From Terriglobia bacterium (GTDB lineage Bacteria > Acidobacteriota > Terriglobia > 20CM-2-55-15): DNA of 64,000 nucleotides. The stretch spans positions 1,184,001 through 1,248,000 of the forward strand of contig CBDAOY010000008.1 in the NCBI GenBank assembly GCA_965198225.1, in the 5' to 3' direction. Shown here in pieces: positions 54,395 to 62,848 of this stretch. Positions within the stretch are counted from its first letter, which is position 1; every line of letters begins with the position of its first letter. The position numbers were made by a program, and so were the translations under genes. The notes beneath the pieces were generated by a model. The model was not told where the DNA came from, did not search any database, and saw nothing but the letters and a program-made list of their open reading frames with translations.

Positions 54395-55996
54395 ATGACA
54401 GGAATCCTGATAGCGCTCCTGGTGGGAGGCGGGTTGCTAACACAGAAGTTCTATCCGGACGATCCCCTGACGAGGGAGCCGGAGCCGATGCGGGTCGACG
54501 ACGCTGCGTTCCGCAAGCTCAACGACCAGTACGACCTCTTCATGCACACGCTCGGCAGTCCCGGAGAGCAACAACCGGAGAACGTGGAACCGATTCGTGC
54601 GTTGTCCATCAACACGCTGGACGAGGTTCCGGACAACCCGTGGTTCACGAACCGCATCGGATCACGAGACATGTCGATCGAGGAGGTTCGGCGGGGCCCC
54701 GGCAGCGACCAACCTCCTGATACCACGGGGCCCTGGAAGATCGTCGCGGGCAAGACCGAAGGTGTCACCCCGGGGTTCCGAATCGAGGACGTCCGTGGGG
54801 AGCAGTATCTGTTGAAGTTCGATCCCGAGACCAACCCTGAAATGGCTACGGGAGCGGATGTAATCGGATCGGTGCTGTTTCACGCGCTCGGTTACAACGT
54901 CCCCGAGAATTACCTGGTGACCTTCGATCGGGACCAACTCGTCATCGGCGAGGATGCGACGATACCCGTTCGGCTGGGGCAGGCACGGCCGATCTCGAGC
55001 ATGGACGTCAACACCGCCCTCGCACGGGTGCCGCGTAGCGAAGACGGCGGGATTCGGGCCATTGCCAGCCGACTGCTGCCGGGAAAGATCCTCGGCGAGT
55101 TTCGTTATCACGCCACACGAGCAGATGATCCCAATGACGTCGTCGCCCACGAGCATCGGCGGGAACTCCGAGGTCTCTTCGTTTTCTGCGCCTGGCTGAA
55201 CCACAACGATTCCCGTTCGATCAACACGCTCGACTCACTCGTGGATGAAGGCGATCTGAAGTACGTGCGGCACTATCTGATCGATTTCGGAGCGACCCTG
55301 GGCAGCGCCAGCGTGGTCTCGAACACGGCACGAGACGGGAACGCATATTTCTTCGAGTTCGGACAGGCCCTGGCCCAACTCATCAGTCTGGGAGCCTATG
55401 TCCCGGCATGGGCGAGGGCGAAGTATCTCAAGTCGGACGCGATCGGCATGATCAACCACGAGGACTTCGACCCGGAAAAGTGGAAGCCGAATTACTGGAA
55501 CCCGGCTTTTTCCAACCGACTTCCAGACGACACTTTCTGGGCCGCCAGGAAGGTCATGGCGTTCAGCGACGAACATATCCGGGCCGCCGTTGAGCAAGCC
55601 CGTTATTCCGACCCGGAGGACACGGCCGCTCTGACCGAGTACTTGATCGCGCGGAGGGACAAGATCGGGCAGGTCTATTTTGCTCGGGTGCTTCCCCTCG
55701 ACGAGTTTCGTCTCTCGGATGGGCAACTGGAGTTCGAAGACCTGGCCGTTAAACACGGATTCGTCCCAAACCGCGCCTACACGGTCGAATGGTTCCGGTT
55801 CAGCAATGAAACAGACACCCTCGAACGAATTGATGACGGAACCAGCTTTTCCATCCCGGATGAAGCGCGAGCCGCCTCACCGGGCTCGTATTTTGCTGCG
55901 ACGATCCGCGGCGAATCCGGGGAGCAGAGTGTGGTTATCTACATGCGCACGGAAGGCGAGGGACATCGAATAGTCGGCATCGAACGCACTTGGTAG
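54395..55996 (+). CDS. Secreted hypothetical protein with atypical (HipA/PI3K/CotH-like) kinase motifs
   Basis: N-terminal hydrophobic signal; GKTEGVTP (Gly loop), LLKFD (Lys), E.ATGA, LGYNVP, WLNHNDSRSIN (catalytic-loop-like), LIDFG. Confidence 0.6.
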   Translation: MTGILIALLVGGGLLTQKFYPDDPLTREPEPMRVDDAAFRKLNDQYDLFMHTLGSPGEQQPENVEPIRALSINTLDEVPDNPWFTNRIGSRDMSIEEVRRGPGSDQPPDTTGPWKIVAGKTEGVTPGFRIEDVRGEQYLLKFDPETNPEMATGADVIGSVLFHALGYNVPENYLVTFDRDQLVIGEDATIPVRLGQARPISSMDVNTALARVPRSEDGGIRAIASRLLPGKILGEFRYHATRADDPNDVVAHEHRRELRGLFVFCAWLNHNDSRSINTLDSLVDEGDLKYVRHYLIDFGATLGSASVVSNTARDGNAYFFEFGQALAQLISLGAYVPAWARAKYLKSDAIGMINHEDFDPEKWKPNYWNPAFSNRLPDDTFWAARKVMAFSDEHIRAAVEQARYSDPEDTAALTEYLIARRDKIGQVYFARVLPLDEFRLSDGQLEFEDLAVKHGFVPNRAYTVEWFRFSNETDTLERIDDGTSFSIPDEARAASPGSYFAATIRGESGEQSVVIYMRTEGEGHRIVGIERTW

Positions 55997-56038
55997 GCGC
56001 ATCTCGGGATTGAGAGGGAGAAACGTTAGGATCGGGGG

Positions 56039-56215
56039 TAGGTGCGCTCTATGGGCGGAACCATCTATTAGCGTCGGGCCCACCGTCCCCCTCCCGACGA
56101 AAGACTGAGCGTTCGCGGTCCGAATTGCGGTGGGTAGGTTCACGGAGAAAGACAGTTGGTCCGGTCCCCCCACGCCATCCTTGCCCAGAACAGTGTGCGG
56201 TCATAGACGCACCTA
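56039..56215. ncRNA. Candidate structured ncRNA (unclassified, about 177 nt)
   Basis: Closing stem TAGGTGCG(C)TCTATG / CATAGACGCACCTA; internal hairpin CGTCGGG/CCCGACG whose loop CCCACCG complements CGGTGGG at 56128-56134; intergenic between convergent genes. Confidence 0.45.
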
Positions 56216-56235
56216 AACCGCCCATCGTCGAGCGC

Positions 56236-57447
56236 CTAGCGCAGATTGAAGTTCACTTCGATATTCAAAGCGACGTCGACCGGGACGCCATTCCGCATTC
56301 CAGGTCTGAACTTCCACTCCTTCAGCGCCTTCATGGCGTTCTCGTCGAGGCCGAAGCCGAGGCTCCGGACGACCCGAAGGATCTCCACACTGCCATCCTT
56401 GCGCACAATCGCTTCGAGGACGACGGTGCCCTGATACTGCGCTTTGCGGGCCTCCTCGGCGTAGATCGGATCACGCTTGAACAGAATCGTCGGCGGAGTG
56501 ATTCCCCCGCCAACACGGAAGACGCCACCACCGAAGCCTCCACCTTGTCCCTGGCCCAGGCCCGGTCCGCTGCCCATACCGACACCTCTGCCCTGGCCGG
56601 TTCCGATCCCGGCACCGGTGCCGGGACCCGAGGACGGTGGCGCGGGAATGCCTTCGGGATCGCCCAGGTTGAACAGGTCCACTGAGGGGAGCATGCTCGC
56701 CAGTTGCGGGGCCACGATGGTGGGCTCGGCCACGAGGAGCGGGTTGGAATTCGGGGGCGGTTCGGGCGTCGGGGGCACCAGTTGCCGGTCCGAGGCTCGG
56801 GGCGGTTGCCCGAGAGAGGGCGCGGTCAGCGTTTCTCGCCCCCCACCGCCGCCGCCGCCGGAAGTGTCATCTTCCTCGGGCAGCAGGAGCAGGTCGGGTG
56901 GCAGGTAGAGGGGAATGAATGTCTCGGTCACCTGCACTGGGAATTCGGAGGAAGGGCTCCAGAATCCCGTAAAGACGAGCATGATCATGAAGGCGTGCGC
57001 GCCCCCGGACACGGCGACACGCTTCTTGACCTTCCACTCGGACCAGATCGGTTCGACCTCGACGGGCTCGGCGGTCGTTACAGCCGGTTGCGGATTCCTG
57101 ATGTCGTCGAAGATCGCCCGGGTCTGGCGGTAGATCGAGAGAAACGGCAACTGGGTTTCGATCAAACCTTCCAGGGCTCGAGGATCCGCGTGTGCCGTGA
57201 TCTTCGCTCGGGGAGTCGGATTGGCGGCCTCGGCGCGAAACTCCTGGATCTGTCTCCGCAAAGAGGCGAAAGACGTCGGACCCTCGACCAACTTGTCCAG
57301 GGCCTGCGGGTCCGGCTCGGCCGTGATCTTGGCCGGTGGTGGAGGATTCCTCCGTTCGTCCTCGAGCTCCCGGAGCTGCCGGACCAAGGAGAAGATCCAT
57401 TTTTCATTAGCGACTTCTCTGTAGCTAAAGGGCTTCTGGTTGCGCAT
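56236..57447 (-). CDS. tonB: Energy transducer TonB with an N-terminal repeat region
   Basis: TM with H motif, Pro/Gly-rich linker, TonB_C domain (P.YAEEARKA.YQGTV.L..IV..DG...GFGLDENA..A...WKF.P...G.PV). Likely start MRNQK at 57447. Confidence 0.88.
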   Translation of the reverse strand: MRNQKPFSYREVANEKWIFSLVRQLRELEDERRNPPPPAKITAEPDPQALDKLVEGPTSFASLRRQIQEFRAEAANPTPRAKITAHADPRALEGLIETQLPFLSIYRQTRAIFDDIRNPQPAVTTAEPVEVEPIWSEWKVKKRVAVSGGAHAFMIMLVFTGFWSPSSEFPVQVTETFIPLYLPPDLLLLPEEDDTSGGGGGGGRETLTAPSLGQPPRASDRQLVPPTPEPPPNSNPLLVAEPTIVAPQLASMLPSVDLFNLGDPEGIPAPPSSGPGTGAGIGTGQGRGVGMGSGPGLGQGQGGGFGGGVFRVGGGITPPTILFKRDPIYAEEARKAQYQGTVVLEAIVRKDGSVEILRVVRSLGFGLDENAMKALKEWKFRPGMRNGVPVDVALNIEVNFNLR

Positions 57448-57622
57448 GAGGTCCCTGTCTCCCGATTCGAATCCACGCCCGTAAGTAGGCGTTAAGTGTA
57501 TAGACGGACGGGAGTTGGATACGTTTAGTGGAAAATTGATTCGTGAAAATGGACAAGTGAGGAGTGAAGAGTCGGAGGGAGGTGCCCGTCGGTTGATGCT
57601 GCGGTTTGACGAGCAGTCGAAG

Positions 57623-58957
57623 TCACGCAAGAATCCGCATGGATACCCGGCCGAACAGCGCATTCGATTGGTTCAAACCGGAAACGGCCCGTTTCACCAC
57701 TTCTTCAGACCGGCCGAGCTGCTGCTGATTCTGCCTCATTTTCGAAAAAGCGGCGCGAAGCCCTTCGCGTGCCGGCACGACGAAGCCGGCGGCACCGCCA
57801 CTCCGACCCAGACGGTCTCGCAACTCTGAAAAGATACCGTCTTTGCCATCGCGGCCACGGAGCAGCCCTTGCACATCTCGAAGGGAGGTCGCTAACGCCT
57901 TGTCCAGCTTCGACTTGTCCAAGGTCAACCGACCGGAGGCCGAACTGGAAATGCCGATGTCGGAGAGTTTCTTGTAGGTCCCGGTCGTGGTCGCTGAAAC
58001 AGACCGTCGCACCTCGCGAATGGTGTTCCGGAGTTCGGAGCTGGCGGCGATGCGATCTCTGGAATCGCGCTTTGTCGAGTCTGACGAAAGTCGGGCGTAG
58101 TCCTGCTCCAGGGCGTTGAATTCATCGACGAAACGACCGACGGAACGGCCCGTCGAGCCCGCGTCGGAAGCCACGCTGATCGTCGCCGTGCCCTTGCCGA
58201 CCAACGTCATCGATGTACCGGAGACGGCGTCGAGCACGGTGTTCGAAGTGCTGTTGAGCTGCTTGCCGTCCACCTTGATCTGGGCGTTCTGAGCGTTCTG
58301 GGTATTCCCGGAGACCGAACTCTGCCCGGTCGCGAATGCCAGCGCGGGCCCCCCGGAATTTGTCAGAGAGTTGTTGATCGTAAAGCCTTGGCCCTGTCCG
58401 GTCTCCCGGCTGGATATGACCAGCTTGTTGGAAACGGCATCGTTCGTGATCGAGGCCACGACCCCGGAGTTCTGGTTGTTGATCTGATCCTTGAGACTGG
58501 AAAGCGATGTTGCCGACCCCACGTTGATCGTTGTGGTCGTCCCACCGTTCACGGTGAACGAGATCGATCCGCCATCGGCCACGGTGTCGGTCGTGTTGGT
58601 GTAGCCTGTCGTAGACGTCGTGATCTGGCGTTTGGCCAGTTGGGTTACTTCCAGCGAAAACTCGCCCAGCGATGCCCCGGGCGAGGCCGAGACAGTCGCG
58701 ACAGTGGTTGCGGACGAGGAGGCCTTGGCGCCTGCAAAGCTTGCCTTGCCGCTGAGCTCCCGCACGGGGCCGTGGAAGTTCTGGAGTCGATCGGAGACGG
58801 AGGAAAGCGCGGAGCTCTTTCCGAAGCGGGCCTGGAGATCGGCGGAGCTCTTTCCGAAGCGGGCCTGGAGATCCGGTTTGGATCCGGCCGTCCGGTCGAA
58901 ATCGACAAACTTCACCGCGTCGAAGACGCTGTTGCCTGTGAAACTGATCGAAGCCAT
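57623..58957 (-). CDS. fliD: Flagellar filament cap FliD-like protein (orphan, atypical termini)
   Basis: GEFSLEVTQLAK.Q, SL..LKDQIN....GVVASI.ND...KLVISS.ETG, AQNA.IKVDG....TSNTV.DAVSG....L, LSDIGI....GRLTLDKSKLDKAL. Confidence 0.8.
   Translation of the reverse strand: MASISFTGNSVFDAVKFVDFDRTAGSKPDLQARFGKSSADLQARFGKSSALSSVSDRLQNFHGPVRELSGKASFAGAKASSSATTVATVSASPGASLGEFSLEVTQLAKRQITTSTTGYTNTTDTVADGGSISFTVNGGTTTTINVGSATSLSSLKDQINNQNSGVVASITNDAVSNKLVISSRETGQGQGFTINNSLTNSGGPALAFATGQSSVSGNTQNAQNAQIKVDGKQLNSTSNTVLDAVSGTSMTLVGKGTATISVASDAGSTGRSVGRFVDEFNALEQDYARLSSDSTKRDSRDRIAASSELRNTIREVRRSVSATTTGTYKKLSDIGISSSASGRLTLDKSKLDKALATSLRDVQGLLRGRDGKDGIFSELRDRLGRSGGAAGFVVPAREGLRAAFSKMRQNQQQLGRSEEVVKRAVSGLNQSNALFGRVSMRILA
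58809..58873. repeat. In-frame tandem duplication (33-bp period) in fliD, encoding DLQARFGKSSA twice
   Basis: GCGGAGCTCTTTCCGAAGCGGGCCTGGAGATC is identical at 58809 and 58842. Confidence 0.9.
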
Positions 58958-59102
58958 CCGTCGTGCCTCTTTTTTTGAGAACGGCCTTCTGAGCTAATCA
59001 CCAGACGCGCTTCTGTCGCAGGCGCTTTCCGGTGCCAGGGACGGTAGATTTTCGCTCTCAGCCACCGCTCTTCAATTAGTCAAAATCCGGCTGATGTCCT
59101 CT

Positions 59103-59129
59103 TTATCGTCAAAACTGAAGAGCCCATTA
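59103..59129 (-). promoter_or_regulatory. Sigma-28 (FliA)-type promoter upstream of fliD
   Basis: Minus strand TAAT-N15-GACGATAA versus consensus TAAA-N15-GCCGATAA; about 145 nt upstream of the fliD start. Confidence 0.65.
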
Positions 59130-59278
59130 GGGAAAACTCGAAGGCGCGGGCAAAAACTAGCAAGGTGACGAGCTCCTCTGGTCCAGAGGGAGGCTGCCAC
59201 ACACTGTGCTTGACTGCGCGACTCCCGTTTCCGTAAGCTCGCTCCGTGGTTTCGGTAGTGAGCGCCGTCGGAGGACAC

Positions 59279-59791
59279 ATGAAGCGAGCTTTCGGTCTGC
59301 TTGTTGCGACACTCTTGTCTCTTCCAGCGGCGGCCCAGGACGATCTGGCGTCGCTGCGCAATTTTCTCTGGGTGGAATCCGATTTCTGTACCGGCGCCCA
59401 GCCGTCGTTGGAACATCTGACCCGGCTCAAGGAAGAGGGCGTTCGAGGCATCCTCAACCTCCGGCGACCCCGCGAGCACGACTGGGCTTCAGAACAGGAG
59501 AAGGCCCAGGAACTCGGCTTAAAGTACTTCAACATCCCTGTCGCATCGAGGGATCCCAAGGATGTGCAGGTCACCCAGTTCCTGCGGCTAACGGACGATC
59601 CCGACCTCCGACCTCTCTTCATCCACTGCGCCGGGGCGGTACGGGTCGGCGCCTTCTGGATGATCCGCCGGGTGCTCCGAGAAGGATGGTCGATCGAACG
59701 GGCGGAGGAAGAGGCGGCTCGTATCGGGCTGCGACCCGGCTCCCGACTGAATGGTTTTGCCCGCGACTACATCGCGCGGCACCAGGACTAG
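59279..59791 (+). CDS. Secreted DUF442 / tyrosine-phosphatase-like (sulfurtransferase-like) protein
   Basis: GGAGG RBS and signal peptide; GAQPS, ILNLR...E, G.KY.NIPV, HCAGAVR (CX4R) loop. Confidence 0.78.
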   Translation: MKRAFGLLVATLLSLPAAAQDDLASLRNFLWVESDFCTGAQPSLEHLTRLKEEGVRGILNLRRPREHDWASEQEKAQELGLKYFNIPVASRDPKDVQVTQFLRLTDDPDLRPLFIHCAGAVRVGAFWMIRRVLREGWSIERAEEEAARIGLRPGSRLNGFARDYIARHQD

Positions 59792-60062
59792 TGACCTGTA
59801 ACAGTGCTATCGGTACCAGCGTTCGGCGGAACGGCGTCGGATTCTAGGAGTGACGCCCGAGCCAATGCTGTTTCATTGCGAGGGCGTTACGACACCGAAG
59901 ACGGCGCCGTTCCGCCGAACCCTTCGGGCCGATGGGGGTTGCGGGCGATCTCTTTGTCGGAAGCCGTCACCGATGAAAGAGCATCGCTTTCCGTCTCCCT
60001 CCTCGACCTCGCCCGCAAGACCCATCGGCGATGGTACCGATAGCATTGTTACAGGCCACTAG
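59788..60062. mobile_element. MITE-like element, family B (275 bp, CTAG at both ends)
   Basis: 31-bp TIRs CTAGTGACCTGTAACAGTGCTATCGGTACCA / TGGTACCGATAGCATTGTTACAGGCCACTAG (2 mismatches). No transposase. Confidence 0.82.
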
Positions 60063-60126
60063 ACGCCCGAGGGCTGAAAGCTGAGGGCTGAGCGCTTACC
60101 CCAAAATTGCAAATTCTTGCGTAGCT

Positions 60127-61191
60127 TCAGCTCGAACTGGGCGCGGGCACACCCTCACGCGACTTGTCGAGCAGGACGGCGATCCAGCGCCAGTCCGGGC
60201 TGTTCTGGAGGAGAATCTTGACCACCATGGTCAGCGGAACCGACAGCAGCATCCCGACGCCCCCCCACACCCATCCCCAGAAGACAAGCGAGACGAACAC
60301 CACCAGCGTCGACAGGCCCAACCTCTGACCCATCAGGCGCGGCTCCATCACGTTCCCCATCGCCAGGTTGACGGTGATGTATCCGAGCGCGACGCCCAGT
60401 GCCACCCCAACCCCTCCGCCCGGTTGAATCAGCGCCAGCAGGACGGGCGGAACGGCCGCCATTATGGAGCCGATGTTCGGGATATAGTTGAGCAGGAACG
60501 CAAGCAGGCCCCAGAGAAACGGGAAGTCGACACCGAGAAACCACACCCAGGAGCCCAACAAGACTCCAGTCGTCAAGCTGATCGCGGTCTTGATGATCAG
60601 GTATCGATGCACCTGCGTCATTACCTTCGACACCTGCAGCACGCCCGACCCGGCGTCGCCGAACGCCGCCCGCACTTTGTTGGGAAAGCCCGCCGCCTCG
60701 GTCAGGATGAACACGGTCGTCAGAACGACGAGAAAGAAATTCGAGACGATTCCGGCCAGCCGCGACAACAGTCCGCCTGCGAGTTGGAAGATCTGACCCG
60801 GATTCACGATCTCCAGAACGGCCGAGATCGAAACTTCCAATCCCCACGACTCCAGCCGACGTTCGGCCAAATCCATCAACTCTGTGATGCGGGCCTGATA
60901 CTGAGGCAGAGCTTGGGTGAAGGAGTTGACCGAGCCCCCGACGACGACCCCGATTCCGACCAGGACGACGATCAGGCCGAGCATCACGAACAGAATCGCC
61001 AGCCACTGCGGCCAGCGATGTCCTGTCAGCCAGTTGATGAGTGGTATCCCCAGCATCGACAGGAACACGGACAGGAGGAACGGAACGACAACCGTCTCGG
61101 CCGCCCGAAGACCCGCAACCAGGATAATCAGGCACGCCAGGGTCAGCAGCACCCGGGAACCAACCTTGGGATGTTCCAGTTCCCTCATCAC
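60127..61191 (-). CDS. AI-2E family transporter
   Basis: Hydrophobic profile; YL.IKT.ISL.TG, WG.LAFLLNYIPNIGS, GNVMEPRLMG.RLGLS, WG..GMLLSVPLT. Confidence 0.92.
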   Translation of the reverse strand: MMRELEHPKVGSRVLLTLACLIILVAGLRAAETVVVPFLLSVFLSMLGIPLINWLTGHRWPQWLAILFVMLGLIVVLVGIGVVVGGSVNSFTQALPQYQARITELMDLAERRLESWGLEVSISAVLEIVNPGQIFQLAGGLLSRLAGIVSNFFLVVLTTVFILTEAAGFPNKVRAAFGDAGSGVLQVSKVMTQVHRYLIIKTAISLTTGVLLGSWVWFLGVDFPFLWGLLAFLLNYIPNIGSIMAAVPPVLLALIQPGGGVGVALGVALGYITVNLAMGNVMEPRLMGQRLGLSTLVVFVSLVFWGWVWGGVGMLLSVPLTMVVKILLQNSPDWRWIAVLLDKSREGVPAPSSS

Positions 61192-61299
61192 AACCGATTT
61201 GATTCTAACACCCGGGAATGGAAGCGTGTGTAGCCAGTCGGCTGCGGCCAGTGGTCAGTAGATCACTGAGCGAGAGGTCGGCGAGAGAACCAATGTGAG

Positions 61300-61325
61300 G
61301 GGGACAGGGACCTGGTCCTGTCCCC
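61300..61325. repeat. GGGGAC-type palindrome (REP-like or terminator hairpin)
   Basis: GGGGACAGG-gacctggt-CCTGTCCCC between trkH and the AI-2E gene. Confidence 0.5.
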
Positions 61326-61385
61326 GGGTGTTCGCTGAGCAGAAAAGCGGGTGTTTGATAAGCAGAAAAGTCGGTGAACGATGGA

Positions 61386-62837
61386 TCATTTCCGCCAGAA
61401 CGCCGGCGTCATGATCACGATCACCGTGTAGAACTCGAGTCGGCCTGCGATCATGTCCCCGGCCAGGACCCACTTGGCGAGCATCGGCAGGTGGGCGTAA
61501 TTTTCCGTCGGACCGACCGAACCCAGGGCCGGACCGATGTTGAACATCGACGCGGCGACGGCGGCGATCGCGGTGAGCACGTCCACTCCCATGGCCGCCA
61601 GCATCAGGCACGACGCAAAGTTGACCACGAAAGCCAGGTAGACCAGGTTGAGGAGGCTCTGGATCGTCGACTCGGAAATCACCTTCCCTCCCAGGCGAAC
61701 CGCAAAGACGCCGCGGCGTTCGACCATCCTTTTGAATTCGCGATCGACGACCTTGGCCAGCAAGAGAACCCTGGCAGTCTTCATGCCGCCCGCAGTCGAT
61801 CCCGTGCATCCTCCCACGAACATCAATGTCAGCAGGATCAACTGTGGCAACGGATGCCACACCTCGAAATTATCCGTTACGAAACCGGTCCCCGTGAGGA
61901 TGGCGCCGACCTGGAACAAGGCACTGCGAACCGCCTCGAGCAGGCCATACCCGTCGTTCCAGACGAGAATCCCCCCGATCAGGGTCGTCGTCGTCGCCGT
62001 GATCAACAGGTAATACCGCAACTCGACATCCTCAAAGAACCGGCGGGGGTTGCGCTCGACCCAGAGCCGATAGTGTTGGACGAAGCTAATTCCGGCGAGG
62101 AGCATGAACACGATGATGATGAGCTCGATGAGCGGGCTGTTGAAGCCGGCGATGCTGTCGGTCCTTGTCGAGAAGCCACCGGTTCCGAGCGTCGAGAACG
62201 TGTGGCACAGGGCTTCAAACCCGGTCATCCCCGCCAGCCTCAGCGCGAAGAACTCCGCAACCGTCAACGACGCGTAGATCTTCCACAACGAGAGGGCGGT
62301 CTCCGTGATTCGAGGCTTCAACCGCTCGGACTTGGCACCCGAGAACTCGGCGCGGTATAGCTGCATGCCGCCGTGTCCGACCAGGGGCAGGATCGCAATA
62401 CCGAGAAGGACAATGCCCATTCCGCCCAGCCAGTGGGAAAAGCATCGCCAGAACTGCAATGCGTCTGGAAGCACCTCGACTTCGGGAAGGACCGTGGCAC
62501 CAGTCGTCGAGAACCCGGACACCGCCTCGAAGAACGCGTCGGTGAATGTCGTGAAGTACGGCGACAGGTAGAACGGAAGGCTGCCGAACAGGCCGACGCT
62601 GACCCAGATTGAAACAACGAGCAGGAGGCCTTCCCGCTGGCTAAGCTCCCGACTCGGTCTCCGGAACAGGAACAGGGACAGGCTGCCGACCCCCAGCGTG
62701 ATTACCGCGGAGTATGCCAGCGGTTCCAGGCCCCCGCTACCGACCGCCCACCCGTAAGCGAACGGGATGAGCATCGTGCCGCCAAGGGCCAGGAGGAACT
62801 GGCCTAGGACGTAGCCGATCAGCTGAAACTGGATCAA
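61386..62837 (-). CDS. trkH: Trk potassium uptake membrane subunit
   Basis: FEAVSGFSTTGAT, WLGGMGI, TGGFS, GGCTGSTAGG.K, NIGP, GRLE. Confidence 0.96.
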   Translation of the reverse strand: MIQFQLIGYVLGQFLLALGGTMLIPFAYGWAVGSGGLEPLAYSAVITLGVGSLSLFLFRRPSRELSQREGLLLVVSIWVSVGLFGSLPFYLSPYFTTFTDAFFEAVSGFSTTGATVLPEVEVLPDALQFWRCFSHWLGGMGIVLLGIAILPLVGHGGMQLYRAEFSGAKSERLKPRITETALSLWKIYASLTVAEFFALRLAGMTGFEALCHTFSTLGTGGFSTRTDSIAGFNSPLIELIIIVFMLLAGISFVQHYRLWVERNPRRFFEDVELRYYLLITATTTTLIGGILVWNDGYGLLEAVRSALFQVGAILTGTGFVTDNFEVWHPLPQLILLTLMFVGGCTGSTAGGMKTARVLLLAKVVDREFKRMVERRGVFAVRLGGKVISESTIQSLLNLVYLAFVVNFASCLMLAAMGVDVLTAIAAVAASMFNIGPALGSVGPTENYAHLPMLAKWVLAGDMIAGRLEFYTVIVIMTPAFWRK

Positions 62838-62848
62838 GGAGGATTCTC

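Noticed and set aside
56039-56215. Group II intron, lysine riboswitch, SRP RNA or tmRNA
   Set aside because: GTGCG is present but there is no domain V. There is no SRP GGAA-loop motif and no tRNA-like ends, and the region is not upstream of any gene.
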